From Parcubacteria group bacterium (GTDB lineage Bacteria; Patescibacteriota; Minisyncoccia; Moranbacterales; GCA-2747515), in assembly GCA_041660065.1 (NCBI GenBank), contig JBAZXC010000001.1, forward strand, positions 72,535 through 136,534: a stretch of 64,000 bases of DNA. The letters run 5' to 3'. Of the stretch, positions 1-10,877 are shown one piece after another; within the stretch, counting starts at the first letter, position 1; each line of letters begins with the position of its first letter. A program made the position numbers and the translations under genes. The notes below the pieces were generated by a model that had not been told where the DNA came from, ran no database searches, and saw only the letters and a list, made by a program, of their open reading frames with translations.

Positions 1-1
1 A

Positions 2-1495
2 GGGAGCGTGGCGATCATTCTTATCCTCAATATCTTGGCAATCCCTTTGTTTTATCTTTTTGTGCGACGATTTTTCGATCAAGGACTTTCTGTGGGACTT
101 ACCGGGATATTTTCTGTATCGATCTTTCTTATCACATATAGTCGTTTCGGGTGGAATCCGAATTTGATCTTGCCATTCACACTTCTTTTTGCATATGCGC
201 TCTTGCGCACGAGTGGACAGCAAAACAAAAATGCAGGATGGTGGCTTGTAACAGCGAGTATTGCACTTGCATTTATCAGCAGTATGCATTTTGTGGCTTT
301 TGTGACAATGCCTCTGATCGCAATCGTATATTTTACATGGGCGCGACCGTGGATCGCTGTGCGTTATTGGATATTGGCAGTTGCGGTATTCATATTTCTC
401 AATGTGCCCCTTATTATCAATGACATCAAGACAGGTGGAGATAATTTTGTCGCATTTATCGATGTGGCATTAAATCGTAGCGGTGGTGAAGATGTTGAAG
501 AAGGGGCGGAAGAAACGTCAAAGTCGCCGCATACATTATTGGATAAGGTTGTTTATAATATTGGGCAACATACGCAATTTTATTGGATGATTGTGACGGG
601 AGATCAGTTGGCTGCAATTCCGGAACTTGATGGAAGCGATCTGCAGTGTAGTTATGATTGTCGCTATGGACTTGTACGCGGTGTCATTTCATTTATTATG
701 ATCTTTTGTGCTTTCGGGTGCTGGGTATTTCTTTATCGCGCAGAAGAAGATCGAGAACGAAAGAATTTTCTCCGTCTCATATTGATATGGTCGGCAGTTT
801 TGTTTCTCGTATATACACCTCTGGCATATGATCTTGCTCCGCGATTTTTCCTTCTTAATGCGCCACTGGCTTTTGTGATCGTTGGGCTATTGCCAAAAGC
901 AATTTCCGCAGAGCATCAAAAATCAGGTCAAATATTTGCTACTATTTTAGTTATGCTGTGTATGGGTGCGAACCTCTATTTTCTCGCGCAGTATTACCAT
1001 GAATTAGCACGCGCAACAACGGACGCATCTCTCGTAATTGCACATCATGATCGTATTCTCAAAGAAAAAGTGCGTGTGACATATGCACAAATGATCGAGA
1101 TCGTGGATTGGATGGAGACGAAATATCGTGCGAATGGGGAGCCGCTTTTTGTGCACGCGCAACCGGAGTACAAAAGAGCGTTTTGGGAACGTGTGGATTA
1201 TCGTGATATTCCGCGTGATCATATTCCCGAAGATCTGAAGCCACTTTTCCGACAAGGTAATTATTTTATTATTATCCGTGCGCAATCAGAACAAAAAGAT
1301 TTCTTGGAAAAATTTTTAGTGGGGTTGGATGTGGTTGAAACCAAAAATTTTGGGACGTTGACCGGATATTATTTGCGTGCGAAACCGGAATTTGTCACGG
1401 ATGAAAAAAAAGTATTTCGTGAGAATGATAGGGATCCTGTGTTTGCAGATGGCGTACAAAAACGATATCTCTGGCGACAGATATTTGAAAAATAG
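2..1495 (+). CDS. GT-C type polytopic membrane glycosyltransferase (ArnT/PMT-like), 5'-partial
   Basis: Long ORF with many N-terminal TM helices followed by a soluble C-terminal domain. Frame is open from position 2, so the true start lies upstream of the window. Confidence 0.45.
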   Translation, partial: GSVAIILILNILAIPLFYLFVRRFFDQGLSVGLTGIFSVSIFLITYSRFGWNPNLILPFTLLFAYALLRTSGQQNKNAGWWLVTASIALAFISSMHFVAFVTMPLIAIVYFTWARPWIAVRYWILAVAVFIFLNVPLIINDIKTGGDNFVAFIDVALNRSGGEDVEEGAEETSKSPHTLLDKVVYNIGQHTQFYWMIVTGDQLAAIPELDGSDLQCSYDCRYGLVRGVISFIMIFCAFGCWVFLYRAEEDRERKNFLRLILIWSAVLFLVYTPLAYDLAPRFFLLNAPLAFVIVGLLPKAISAEHQKSGQIFATILVMLCMGANLYFLAQYYHELARATTDASLVIAHHDRILKEKVRVTYAQMIEIVDWMETKYRANGEPLFVHAQPEYKRAFWERVDYRDIPRDHIPEDLKPLFRQGNYFIIIRAQSEQKDFLEKFLVGLDVVETKNFGTLTGYYLRAKPEFVTDEKKVFRENDRDPVFADGVQKRYLWRQIFEK

Positions 1496-1578
1496 CGATG
1501 TGGATGGGTAACGATATGTTGTGAGGGTAATCCGGAGATGTTATAATTGTGGATAATTAAATACATAACAAAAAAAAT

Positions 1579-2553
1579 ATGGAAAGATTGAAGAAATACC
1601 TCGTTATTCTTGTTGTGGCAATTGTCGTGTTAGCGGCGATTATTACAGCATTGCGTATGACGAGCAATTCTCGTCCATCCAATAATACTGTGGGAGTTAC
1701 AAAGGGATTTGGTGCGCCAGGTGTCACGCGATCATCCGCACCGATGGACACAGTGATGTCTGCTACGAGTGGTAGGGATTCTATGGAGGGCATAGCTGTA
1801 GGGGAAATGGCACCAATGGCTGATGTGGAAAGTGTTCCCATAGAGAAAAAAGAGATCAAAAATGGCAGTTTGACGATGCGCGTCAATGATGTGGATCGTG
1901 CGGTAGAACAAATGACTGCAGTTGCTACAGAACACAAAGGTGAGGTCTATTCGTCAAATTTTTATCAAGATACGCAGGATATCAAAAGTGGAACCGTAGA
2001 GGTGCGTGTGCCGGTTGATCAATTTGGCAGTACGTTTGAGGCGCTCAAAAAAGTAGCGACGGTTGTGGTGGGCGAATCAACCTCTGGGCAAGATGTCACG
2101 CTGGCATATCGTGATTTGCAAGCACGGCTCAAGAATAAACAAGCTGAAGAACAATCTTTTCTCAAAATTCTTGAACAATCCGGTAAATTGTCAGATGTGA
2201 TCGATGTAACGCGAGAGGTATCGCGTGTGCGCGGAGAGATCGAGCAATTACAAGCGCAGATCACATATATGGAATCACAAACAGACTATGCCACGATCAC
2301 AATCTCTGTGACAGAGGATGAGAATGTGACTTTTTCCGATCAATGGCGACCATTGCAGGTGGCAAAAGAAACGATCAATGGACTACTGAGTGATATGCAG
2401 GGATTTGTAAATTTTGTGATCGTTTTGGTCATTCGTGTGATCCCGATCATGATCCTCTATGGATTTATCGCATGGGTTTTTTATGTTGTTGTCAAAAAGA
2501 TCATTCACGCACTGAGGGGTAAGAAAAATGATGTAAGTGTAAACAATCAATAA
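1579..2553 (+). CDS. membrane-anchored coiled-coil protein, DUF4349-like
   Basis: N-terminal TM helix, long Q/E-rich coiled-coil middle, C-terminal TM helices. Architecture typical of DUF4349. Confidence 0.45.
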   Translation: MERLKKYLVILVVAIVVLAAIITALRMTSNSRPSNNTVGVTKGFGAPGVTRSSAPMDTVMSATSGRDSMEGIAVGEMAPMADVESVPIEKKEIKNGSLTMRVNDVDRAVEQMTAVATEHKGEVYSSNFYQDTQDIKSGTVEVRVPVDQFGSTFEALKKVATVVVGESTSGQDVTLAYRDLQARLKNKQAEEQSFLKILEQSGKLSDVIDVTREVSRVRGEIEQLQAQITYMESQTDYATITISVTEDENVTFSDQWRPLQVAKETINGLLSDMQGFVNFVIVLVIRVIPIMILYGFIAWVFYVVVKKIIHALRGKKNDVSVNNQ

Positions 2554-2568
2554 TATAAGTTTTTTTCT

Positions 2569-2874
2569 ATGGATTTCTCCCAAATGAATGAAGAGATCAT
2601 TGCAACGGCGCAGGGATATTGTGACACGTATAGTATTGAACCGAGCAAAGAATTTGCCGTACTTAAGCTTTATGAAGAAGTGGGGGAGTTTGCACAGGCG
2701 TTTTTGATCCATGAGCGCATGAGTCGTCCGGAAAAATTCATGGACGAGAAGGATTCGCGGGAACGTATGGCGCAAGAGTTGGCTGATGTTGTCGGCATGT
2801 CACTTTTTGTGGCACATGTGCTGGGCATTGATATGGAGAAAGCGCTCCAAAAGAAATGGACCAACCGGGTTTGA
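2569..2874 (+). CDS. MazG-like nucleotide pyrophosphohydrolase (small all-alpha NTP-PPase)
   Basis: ~100 aa; EExGE-type motif (LYEEVGEFAQA) and downstream acidic metal-binding helix (ELADVV). Confidence 0.6.
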   Translation: MDFSQMNEEIIATAQGYCDTYSIEPSKEFAVLKLYEEVGEFAQAFLIHERMSRPEKFMDEKDSRERMAQELADVVGMSLFVAHVLGIDMEKALQKKWTNRV

Positions 2875-2907
2875 TTTATCAAAATGTAATTTATTAAACG
2901 AAAAAAT

Positions 2908-3657
2908 ATGGACATCAAGTCGACCACTATTACCAATATATGCTTGATCGCGATCGTCATCTGTGTGGCATATATGATCTTTGCGGGAAAAAATATCACC
3001 GTGGATATGAACCAGTCTTCTCTTGAGCACACGATCTCTGTCGATGGTAAGGCAGAAACATTTGTAAAGCCGGATACGGCAAAAGTGTCATTTGGTGTAA
3101 CGTCAAAAAATATATCAACTGATGTGGCGACAAAATCTGTCAATGAACGGATGAATACACTGGTGGGGGAGTTAGCAAAAAATGGTGTAGAGGAAAAAGA
3201 TATCAAAACGGTCAACTATGAGATCTCTCCGGAATATTCATATAATGACGGTGTACAGAGATTTGAGGGATATCGCGTGTCACAGCGTGTAGAAGTGATC
3301 ATGCGCGATTTGGAGAAGGTTTCCGATGTGTTGGGTGTTGTAAATAGTGCTGATCTCGATAATGTGTCACAACTGACATTCTTTGTGGATGACGATGAAT
3401 CGATCAAAAAGGAATTGCGTGAGCAAGCAATTGCTGATGCTGAAGAAAACGCACAGAAAATTGCAAAGAATCTCGGTGTGCAGATCGAAAGTGTGGTGAG
3501 TTTTTATGACTATAGTAACGATACGCCACCGTCGGAGCCTATGTATGCGATGGAAAAATCCGGTATGGGTGGCAGTGACGTGGCATCTGCGCCGGTTGTG
3601 CCGGAGGGAGAAAATCAATTTGTGTCAAAAATTTCTGTAACGTATAAGATCAAATAG
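2908..3657 (+). CDS. SIMPL/DUF541 family periplasmic protein
   Basis: N-terminal TM/signal anchor; length and sequence pattern of SIMPL (26 kDa periplasmic immunogenic protein) family. Confidence 0.55.
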   Translation: MDIKSTTITNICLIAIVICVAYMIFAGKNITVDMNQSSLEHTISVDGKAETFVKPDTAKVSFGVTSKNISTDVATKSVNERMNTLVGELAKNGVEEKDIKTVNYEISPEYSYNDGVQRFEGYRVSQRVEVIMRDLEKVSDVLGVVNSADLDNVSQLTFFVDDDESIKKELREQAIADAEENAQKIAKNLGVQIESVVSFYDYSNDTPPSEPMYAMEKSGMGGSDVASAPVVPEGENQFVSKISVTYKIK

Positions 3658-3705
3658 TATTTTTGGGTGATAGACAGATCATACGTAAACAAAAAGCCAC
3701 TTTTT

Positions 3706-4884
3706 TTAAGTGGTTTTTTGTTGCAACCGAATTGTATTGACTAGCATCGTGGCGATTGCCGCAAGGAGAAATGTCCATTGCAAACCAACAAATATGGCCA
3801 TGACCATCGCTGTAGCATAAAGGAAAATCCTTCCGATGTTTATAGCCATTTCTTTGATGACGGTAAATTCATCCACATAATGTCCTTGATCGGCTGAGAG
3901 ATCATAGGTGATCGCGTCAAGGGAATTTTGTGAGAGAGCTTTGGTGAGTTTGTGGTAGGTATCTGCAAGAAAAATGTGAAAGCCGGTGATAATGAATATT
4001 TTGACGAGCCATCCGAGTGCATAAAGGATGGAATTGATCTTTAGCATTTTTTTCCTTTTGTGGTGGGTATCGGCGTATCTACCGATGAACATTTCCAATA
4101 GCACTGTAACCCCGATCGTGAGTGCTGAAATCATTCCAATCGACATATAATCGCCATTGAGAAGATTGAAAATAAATATTGGCCAAATGATCGTACCGAC
4201 AGAAGATTCTGCACTATCGGCAACATATGCGATCATCGCAGGGCGATACTTTTTCGCGCAGAGGTTTCTCCATGTTTGCATATATGTCCATGAAAATTTT
4301 TCATGAACATTGGAAAGCGAGAGAAGAGGAATGAGTGACGTGGCATAAACGATTATGCCAACGATAAAGAGTAGTTGATAGGATGCATATGCAAGGATCA
4401 CACCCGCGATCAGTGGTGCAATGATGCCAATGATATGCATAGTTGCCATAAATGTGCTGACCTCACGCATGCGGTTGTTTTGATCGGAGAATGTAGCAAA
4501 CATGGTGTGATACGGCAGCCAGTATAATAAGCGAAATGCAGTGATAAAAAATAAGGCGATGCCGATCGTCTGGTGGATGTTTTGAGGTGTGGTGATGCCG
4601 AGAATGAGAAGAAAAAGGATGTCCGCGATCGTTGCAATATAGAGAGAGCCTTTTAAACTGAATTTCTCAATATATTTTGTGGTAAGTGGCAAAGGAAGCA
4701 GATAGAGAAAAGAGCCAATGAGATAGAATAATAGTACTTTTTGGATATTGTGTCCAAGCATTTCATACAAGAAAATTGGCACAAAGATCGCAAAAAATCC
4801 ATTTGAGAAAAAAACAATGGTGCGGCTAATATAAAGATATGTGAGGTCATGAGAAATTTTTCCGGTAAAATATTTGAAATTCAT
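3706..4884 (-). CDS. MFS-type transporter (12-TM membrane protein)
   Basis: 392 aa, highly hydrophobic throughout, with a two-halves architecture. Confidence 0.5.
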   Translation of the reverse strand: MNFKYFTGKISHDLTYLYISRTIVFFSNGFFAIFVPIFLYEMLGHNIQKVLLFYLIGSFLYLLPLPLTTKYIEKFSLKGSLYIATIADILFLLILGITTPQNIHQTIGIALFFITAFRLLYWLPYHTMFATFSDQNNRMREVSTFMATMHIIGIIAPLIAGVILAYASYQLLFIVGIIVYATSLIPLLSLSNVHEKFSWTYMQTWRNLCAKKYRPAMIAYVADSAESSVGTIIWPIFIFNLLNGDYMSIGMISALTIGVTVLLEMFIGRYADTHHKRKKMLKINSILYALGWLVKIFIITGFHIFLADTYHKLTKALSQNSLDAITYDLSADQGHYVDEFTVIKEMAINIGRIFLYATAMVMAIFVGLQWTFLLAAIATMLVNTIRLQQKTT

Positions 4885-4922
4885 TTTTGTTTTTTTATTG
4901 CGCGTAGTAAATTATATGGATG

Positions 4923-6410
4923 TCACATTCTTTTTTTGCGCTTCAGGAACAGTGCGATATCATGATCTGTAAGTTGTCCCGATATGCGTAGTGTCCCAAA
5001 ATAGATCACACACAGAATAATGCTGGAAATGATGAAAGTAAAAGTGCCTGCAGGGAGAAATATGGAGAAAAAGATCATTAGGATCGCGGCAATGATCGAC
5101 ATGATCCACAGCATGATCGGCATGTGCACGGCAAAGTGTTTTTTGATATAGATGAGTGATCCAATCATAAGGAAAAGTGAGGTAACAACAACGGAAAATG
5201 ATGCACCGATGAGTTCAAATTGTGGGATCAATATAAAGTTTAGCGTAACATTGAGAATAAGTCCCCACAGTGTGAGCCACATAGGGATCTTGACCAATCC
5301 GGCGCCGTTCAAAACAAAGCTAAGCACATAAAAAACCGTGAGAAATCCGGCACCGATCACATAAAGACTCATGGGGTACACCGCCTCAAGGTAGTCTTTG
5401 CCATAAATGAGGAGAATGGTTTGTCTGCTGTAGAGTGCGAGAAGTGTGACAAGCGGAAAAAGAACAAAAAGCATCAGGCGGAGAGATTTATTGATTAGGC
5501 TGGAGGTCTCTGTTTCTTTACGTTCGGCTGTTGTTTTGGAGATTGCCGGTAAAAGGATGATGGTAAGCGCGTAGAAGAGAAAATACGGGATCCGTCCGGC
5601 GGTGAGTGCGGCATTGTAAATACCGGTCAAGTGGTCGCTGTGAAGGAGTGATTTGACGAAGTAGAGATCAATTGTCGAAATGAGTTCATAGAAAAGCAAA
5701 AAGAGAGTTAATGGCCATGCGTAGTTGAGGATTGTCTTGGCAGAAAATGTTTTTGCTGTGCTCATGGGATGATCTTTGATCGCGGGAAAATAGCGATGTG
5801 TGATGATGATGTCGCAAATGATCGCAACGGAAAAAACAAAAAGTGGCGCGACGATATAACCTGAAATCGCACCCTTCACGCCAAAGAAATATGCGAGACC
5901 GATGATAAAAATCACGCGACTGGTTGCGCGCACAGTCTTGAGTATGGATTGCAGACGAAAGAAATGCAATCCGGTGTAAAAATAAAAATAAAAGGATGCT
6001 GCGGCGAAAGCGGGAATGATGAGGGCGGAGAGTTGAAAAAGCGGTGTGAGTGATGAATCGCCAAGGAGATAGGCAATGACCGGTGCGAGGATAAAAAATA
6101 CAACAGTGACACTTGCCATGAGAAGTGCTTGCATTTTCATGCTTTTGCGTTTGATCGGTCGAATCTGTTCCGGATCGCTTTCGATGATCTCGCTTAAATA
6201 TTTTGACATGGCGGTGGGGATGCCATTGCCAATCAAAATCACGATCATAGTGGTGAGTGTGATCACGAGACTGTAGCGACCATAATCATCCGGCTCAAGG
6301 ATGCGTCCAAGTGCGCTGTGGATGACATAACCGGCAGCGTTAAAAATGATTTCCGATATGGTGAGCCAGACGAGTGAACGGGAAAAATTTTTCATAAAAC
6401 AGAATGTCAA
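4923..6410 (-). CDS. polysaccharide biosynthesis protein / oligosaccharide flippase (MOP superfamily, Wzx-like)
   Basis: 495 aa with ~14 predicted TM segments; N-terminal motif pattern of MOP flippases. Confidence 0.6.
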   Translation of the reverse strand: MTFCFMKNFSRSLVWLTISEIIFNAAGYVIHSALGRILEPDDYGRYSLVITLTTMIVILIGNGIPTAMSKYLSEIIESDPEQIRPIKRKSMKMQALLMASVTVVFFILAPVIAYLLGDSSLTPLFQLSALIIPAFAAASFYFYFYTGLHFFRLQSILKTVRATSRVIFIIGLAYFFGVKGAISGYIVAPLFVFSVAIICDIIITHRYFPAIKDHPMSTAKTFSAKTILNYAWPLTLFLLFYELISTIDLYFVKSLLHSDHLTGIYNAALTAGRIPYFLFYALTIILLPAISKTTAERKETETSSLINKSLRLMLFVLFPLVTLLALYSRQTILLIYGKDYLEAVYPMSLYVIGAGFLTVFYVLSFVLNGAGLVKIPMWLTLWGLILNVTLNFILIPQFELIGASFSVVVTSLFLMIGSLIYIKKHFAVHMPIMLWIMSIIAAILMIFFSIFLPAGTFTFIISSIILCVIYFGTLRISGQLTDHDIALFLKRKKRM

Positions 6411-7007
6411 TCAATTACTTTTGTGTAAAACAGTTTCCAAAATTTGTGTGGCAATGACGGAACGATCGCGATCGCCGTCCAGGGACACAAAATGGAAAAG
6501 ATCATTGTATGTGTTGTATAAATTGTTTTTGTCGATAAGGTATGACACGCCTTGCGCAGGCGCAATATTGCGTTGCATGATCTTGTAGGGATCAACAGCG
6601 AGATAAAATGCATGGTCTGGCATGATCAGCATATTTTGAAAAAATGGGATGTATTTTTTACGGGAAAGATATGCGATGTTGACGATCATATCAAAAAAGT
6701 ATCGGTCGGATAAAATATAGTCATACTTTTGCCGAGAAAGTCGTGTGACCAATAAGCGAAAGCGCATCAGATCGATCACGAGTGCGATCTTGCGCATGCA
6801 GATCGCGATCCATGACGCATGTGAGACATCATACGTCTTACCGTCGGACGATCTTTTTTTACCTGCGTTGAGGATATTGGCAACAGAAAAGGTGATCGCA
6901 TGGAAATAAAAAACCTTATGACCGCGATTCTCAAGTTCTTTTTGCAATAGATCGATTTGGGTGGATTTTCCTGATCCGTCAAGGCCGGAAATTGAGATGA
7001 TTTGCAT
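6411..7007 (-). CDS. thymidylate kinase-like (d)NMP kinase
   Basis: P-loop ISISGLDGSGKSTQ and DRY motif (LSDRYFFD) typical of Tmk; 198 aa. Confidence 0.55.
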   Translation of the reverse strand: MQIISISGLDGSGKSTQIDLLQKELENRGHKVFYFHAITFSVANILNAGKKRSSDGKTYDVSHASWIAICMRKIALVIDLMRFRLLVTRLSRQKYDYILSDRYFFDMIVNIAYLSRKKYIPFFQNMLIMPDHAFYLAVDPYKIMQRNIAPAQGVSYLIDKNNLYNTYNDLFHFVSLDGDRDRSVIATQILETVLHKSN

Positions 7008-7192
7008 GAGAAAATGGTAATGATTATGCGGATTTTTCTGTACTCAAGTGTAGCACAAAATAGCATGAAATGGTAGTAATTTTACTGTGTTGATTATTAT
7101 TCTTCAAGCAGGTATTATTATGGTAGGTTTGCAGATTGTTCTTTGGCAAAAAGGCCGTGTTTGTTTTTTTATGCTTTTTTGAGAGGTGATCT

Positions 7193-7300
7193 ATGGAAAG
7201 TGTAGGGTGGGTCGTTCTTTGTGTGGCTGTTGTGATATTCACATTGCGTAAGAGAATTTATGAGAAGGTACAGTATTTGCTGTATAGACTTGGCTTTTGA
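7193..7300 (+). CDS. small hydrophobic peptide (35 aa), hypothetical
   Basis: ATG preceded by GAGAGGTGA RBS; single TM-like segment; followed by a strong terminator. Not in the ORF track (<60 aa). Confidence 0.25.
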   Translation: MESVGWVVLCVAVVIFTLRKRIYEKVQYLLYRLGF

Positions 7301-7312
7301 AAATCTGATGAT

Positions 7313-7347
7313 CGGGAGATCCACATACGGATCTCCCGGAATTTTTT
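7313..7347 (+). terminator. rho-independent terminator
   Basis: CGGGAGATCC-ACATAC-GGATCTCCCG perfect 10-bp stem followed by a T-run. Confidence 0.6.
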
Positions 7348-7352
7348 AAATA

Positions 7353-7916
7353 GTGTATCAAAGATATATGGCAGATGAACGTATAGATATTTGCGATGAG
7401 ACTAATCATCTGACAGGTTTTCAACGGATGAAAAGTGAAGCGCATGAAAACGGTTTATGGCACAGAGTGGCGCATGTGTGGATTTATAATACAAAGGGAG
7501 ATATCCTCATACAATTACGCGCAAAGGAGAAATTGCTGTATCCGAATAGGTGGGATGTATCGGTTGCAGGACATGTGGGTGCGGGGGAAGAACCTCTTGC
7601 ATCGGCACTGCGAGAAGTACAAGAAGAGATCGGACTCACGGTCAAAGAAGATGATCTGCAATTTTTTATGATCAGGAAAGTCGCTATGGTCTATGAAAAT
7701 ATACACAACAATGAATTTTATTACGTGTATTTCTTACCATTTGATGGAGATATTGCACAGGTGAAACTGCAAAAGGAAGAAGTGCAAGAAATTCGATTTG
7801 TCTCTACGCGGTGGATCACAGCAGATCTAAAAAATAATCCCGATAGATATGTGCGGCATGGCAAATACTGGAATGATGCAATAGATGGAATTGAAAGTAT
7901 TTTGCATAAGAAATAA
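7353..7916 (+). CDS. NUDIX hydrolase
   Basis: Nudix box GHVGAGEEPLASALREVQEEIGL. Confidence 0.75.
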   Translation: MYQRYMADERIDICDETNHLTGFQRMKSEAHENGLWHRVAHVWIYNTKGDILIQLRAKEKLLYPNRWDVSVAGHVGAGEEPLASALREVQEEIGLTVKEDDLQFFMIRKVAMVYENIHNNEFYYVYFLPFDGDIAQVKLQKEEVQEIRFVSTRWITADLKNNPDRYVRHGKYWNDAIDGIESILHKK

Positions 7917-7971
7917 ATAATTTTGTGAAAAAATCAATCGTAAAAAGAGATTAAATCATTATCGAATACAC

Positions 7972-8556
7972 ATGGACGAAATTCAAACACGAGATATTAT
8001 CAAAAAAGCACGTGAGATTTTTTATGTGATGGTTGATAATTTTGGATCAGATCCATACGGATTGCTTTCTCATGTGCCAGAAATGGAAAAATGGGCACAT
8101 TTTATGTTACGACGATATCCAAATGCTGATGCAGAAGTAGTGTTATTGGCAGTGTGGTTGCATGATATCGGACATTACCCGGTACCAACAGAAGAGGATC
8201 ACGCAGTGCGTGGAGAAATACGGGCGCGCGATTTTTTTGAAAAAGAAAATTATGCGACAGATCGTATGCACGCAGTATTGCATTGCGTGCGGGCGCATCG
8301 CTGTCGCGATGTTATGCCGGAAACCGTGGAAGCAAAGGTCGTCGCATTTATTGATTCTGCCAGTCACATGACAGATGCAATGTACTTCAATATGATGAAA
8401 GAAGATAAAGAAAAAAATGCACAGTTCAGGGTATACGCAAAAATGGAACGGGACTATCGAGACCTGGGTTTCTTTCCAGAGATGCAAGAGGAATTGAGAG
8501 GTATGCATGATGCGTGGAAGAACTTATTGCAAGAATATGAAAAAATTGACGTGTAG
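7972..8556 (+). CDS. HD-domain phosphohydrolase
   Basis: H..HD motif (WLHDIGHYP) and downstream His/Asp residues. Confidence 0.7.
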   Translation: MDEIQTRDIIKKAREIFYVMVDNFGSDPYGLLSHVPEMEKWAHFMLRRYPNADAEVVLLAVWLHDIGHYPVPTEEDHAVRGEIRARDFFEKENYATDRMHAVLHCVRAHRCRDVMPETVEAKVVAFIDSASHMTDAMYFNMMKEDKEKNAQFRVYAKMERDYRDLGFFPEMQEELRGMHDAWKNLLQEYEKIDV

Positions 8557-8603
8557 GAAATGTGATTGCACAGCATGTGGTATATAAATGTTAATGAAAT
8601 GTT

Positions 8604-9173
8604 ATGAGTAGAAGCACCCTGATCATTGTATCCGGTCTTCCCGGGACGGGAAAAACAACTTTGTCCAAAAGGATCTCTGATCAATTCGTCTTGCCTTTGG
8701 TTAGTATGGATGCAGTCAAAGAAACGATGTGGGATACCATGGGACATAAATTTGATTTTGAATTCAGTGACAAGATCGGTCGAACGGCATTTGAATTGGT
8801 GTTTTATTATATCAATGAAGCTTTGTCTAAGGGCGTCTCTTTGGTGGTCGAGGCACATTTTAGTCCGAAAAGAAATAATGAAAGAATAAACAAATTAAAA
8901 GAAATGTATGATGTCAATCTCTTGCAGATCCATTGTGACTGCGAAACAGAACCTTTGCGAAAAAGATTCAAAGAACGAATGAAAAAGGACAGCTATCATA
9001 AAGGACATAAGCACACCATAGATCTTTATGGGGAAGAGAGAATCTTGCATAGTTTGGGAATAAAAGACAAACGATTGGATATCAATGGCGTTACGTATGA
9101 CCTTGACACTACAAATCCGGAAGCAATCAATTATGAGAAATTATTTGGGTTTATAAAAGAACATATAAAATAG
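8604..9173 (+). CDS. P-loop kinase (AAA_33 / polynucleotide-kinase-like ATP-binding protein)
   Basis: Walker A GLPGTGKTT at the N-terminus; ~190 aa. Confidence 0.55.
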   Translation: MSRSTLIIVSGLPGTGKTTLSKRISDQFVLPLVSMDAVKETMWDTMGHKFDFEFSDKIGRTAFELVFYYINEALSKGVSLVVEAHFSPKRNNERINKLKEMYDVNLLQIHCDCETEPLRKRFKERMKKDSYHKGHKHTIDLYGEERILHSLGIKDKRLDINGVTYDLDTTNPEAINYEKLFGFIKEHIK

Positions 9174-9184
9174 ACAAAATTAGT

Positions 9185-9601
9185 ATGACAAGATTATGCA
9201 GTGCCTGCTTACTTGGTGTGCCGTGTCGCTATAATGGTGCGAGTAAGCCAAATGAAAAAATTTTAGTATTGGCAAAAAATGAAATGCTAATTCCCGTATG
9301 TCCGGAACAACTTGGTGGTTTGTCTACCCCACGCAAACCGGCAGAACGGTGTGGCAAATGTGTTGTTGCACGTGACGGAGAAGATGTGACAGAGCAATTT
9401 ATGCGTGGAGCACAAGAGGTTTTGAAAATCGCAAAACTTTATGATATAAAAAGTGCAATTTTCAAACAATGCAGCCCGTCATGTGGGTGCGGACAGATCT
9501 ATGATGGCAGTTTCACAGGAAGGATCATTAAAGGGGATGGCATTACCACGCAATTATTAAAAGAAAATGGTACAGAAGTTTTAAGCGATGAGGATGTGTG
9601 A
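9185..9601 (+). CDS. DUF523 protein (TudS-like putative Fe-S thiouracil desulfidase family)
   Basis: Conserved Cys pattern CLLGVPCRYNG ... CPE ... CSPSCG typical of DUF523. Confidence 0.55.
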   Translation: MTRLCSACLLGVPCRYNGASKPNEKILVLAKNEMLIPVCPEQLGGLSTPRKPAERCGKCVVARDGEDVTEQFMRGAQEVLKIAKLYDIKSAIFKQCSPSCGCGQIYDGSFTGRIIKGDGITTQLLKENGTEVLSDEDV

Positions 9602-9734
9602 TAACACAAGTATTTTTTGAACGAACCTTTACATCTTTTCATTTTTTTGTTAGACTTGGCACAATAAATTTTTTGCTCTTTAAACATCAATGAAATCGTA
9701 ATTTTAGATTGTAAAAAAATTAGAATCTGGAGGT

Positions 9735-10148
9735 GTGCTTATGGGCTGTCCATTTTGTGATGTAGTCAATATTAGTAAAATTGTGCTTTTCCAGACGGAT
9801 TTTGCAATTGCGATCATGAATCTTTACCCTGTGACACGAGGACATTTGCTCGTAGTGCCGAAGTTGCATGTGAGTTCTCTATCTGAATTGGGATATTCCT
9901 CTTGTTGTGATTTGATCACATCAATACAAAAGGTGACAAATATCGTTAAAATGCATTTAAAACCTGAGGGTGTAAATGTTTTTTTGAACGAAGGGAAAAT
10001 CGCCGGACAAACTCTCGAGCATTTACATGTCCATGTTGTTCCAAGATATATTGATGATAATCTAAGAAATTTTGAGAGAATGAATTCTGAGCGCATCCTA
10101 TTGTCAGAAAATGATAGTGCTAGGCTTAGAGAGATTTTTGGTCAATAA
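9735..10148 (+). CDS. HIT family hydrolase
   Basis: Histidine triad HLHVHVVP; N-terminal CPFC. Confidence 0.75.
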   Translation: MLMGCPFCDVVNISKIVLFQTDFAIAIMNLYPVTRGHLLVVPKLHVSSLSELGYSSCCDLITSIQKVTNIVKMHLKPEGVNVFLNEGKIAGQTLEHLHVHVVPRYIDDNLRNFERMNSERILLSENDSARLREIFGQ

Positions 10149-10304
10149 TCATTTTGCAATTAATATGCAGATGTATCTAGGAGCTCGATCAATATTGCAT
10201 TGGGCTCTTTTTGTAACCAATGTATCCGAGTATAAAATAGTATTTTTTGAAAAATCAGTTATTATATATAGCAAGTTTCATTAATAGTAAATTTTGGATA
10301 AAAT

Positions 10305-10877
10305 ATGATTTTTTTAGAAAAAGGCGAGATTTTGAAAAATAGAGAGTTCTATATTAATGAAATAAAGAATGGCAAGGTTTTTATATATCCTACTGATACG
10401 TTGTTAGGACTTGGGGCTGATGCTACAAATAAGAAAAGTGTGCAGAGGATTTTTTCTATCAAAAATCGCCGGAAAAAACCATTACTTGTTATTGCGCCGT
10501 CATTTCAGTGGATCAAAGATTCCTGTGTTATTTCATCATCCAATCTTTTGATGTTGAAAGAAAAACTTCCTGGGCCATATTCTTTTATTTTGACACTGAA
10601 AAATAATAATGCTATTGATGCGTTGGTAAACGCTGGGAAAGATAGTATAGGGATCAGGATGCCGGACTGTTGGTTTACGGATCTCGTTTGTCAATCAGGT
10701 GTTCCGTTCGTGACAACTTCTGTAAATGTATCCGGACAAGTTTCCATGCTAAAAATAGCTGATATTCCACAGTCTATGGTGGATCAGGTTGATTATGTAG
10801 TTGATGATGAAGCATCATTAAGCGGGGTGGCTAGTACGATCATTGATATAAGAGGAGAGGAAAAAGTGTTGCGCTAA
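10305..10877 (+). CDS. tsaC: L-threonylcarbamoyladenylate synthase (YrdC/TsaC/Sua5 domain)
   Basis: YrdC-domain motifs: YPTDTLLGLGADATNKKSVQRIFSIKNR. Confidence 0.7.
   Translation: MIFLEKGEILKNREFYINEIKNGKVFIYPTDTLLGLGADATNKKSVQRIFSIKNRRKKPLLVIAPSFQWIKDSCVISSSNLLMLKEKLPGPYSFILTLKNNNAIDALVNAGKDSIGIRMPDCWFTDLVCQSGVPFVTTSVNVSGQVSMLKIADIPQSMVDQVDYVVDDEASLSGVASTIIDIRGEEKVLR

Noticed and set aside
8604-9173. Zeta-toxin/type II toxin interpretation of the P-loop kinase
   Set aside because: No small antitoxin-like ORF is adjacent; the neighbourhood is uniformly nucleotide-metabolic. Kept as a generic AAA_33 kinase.
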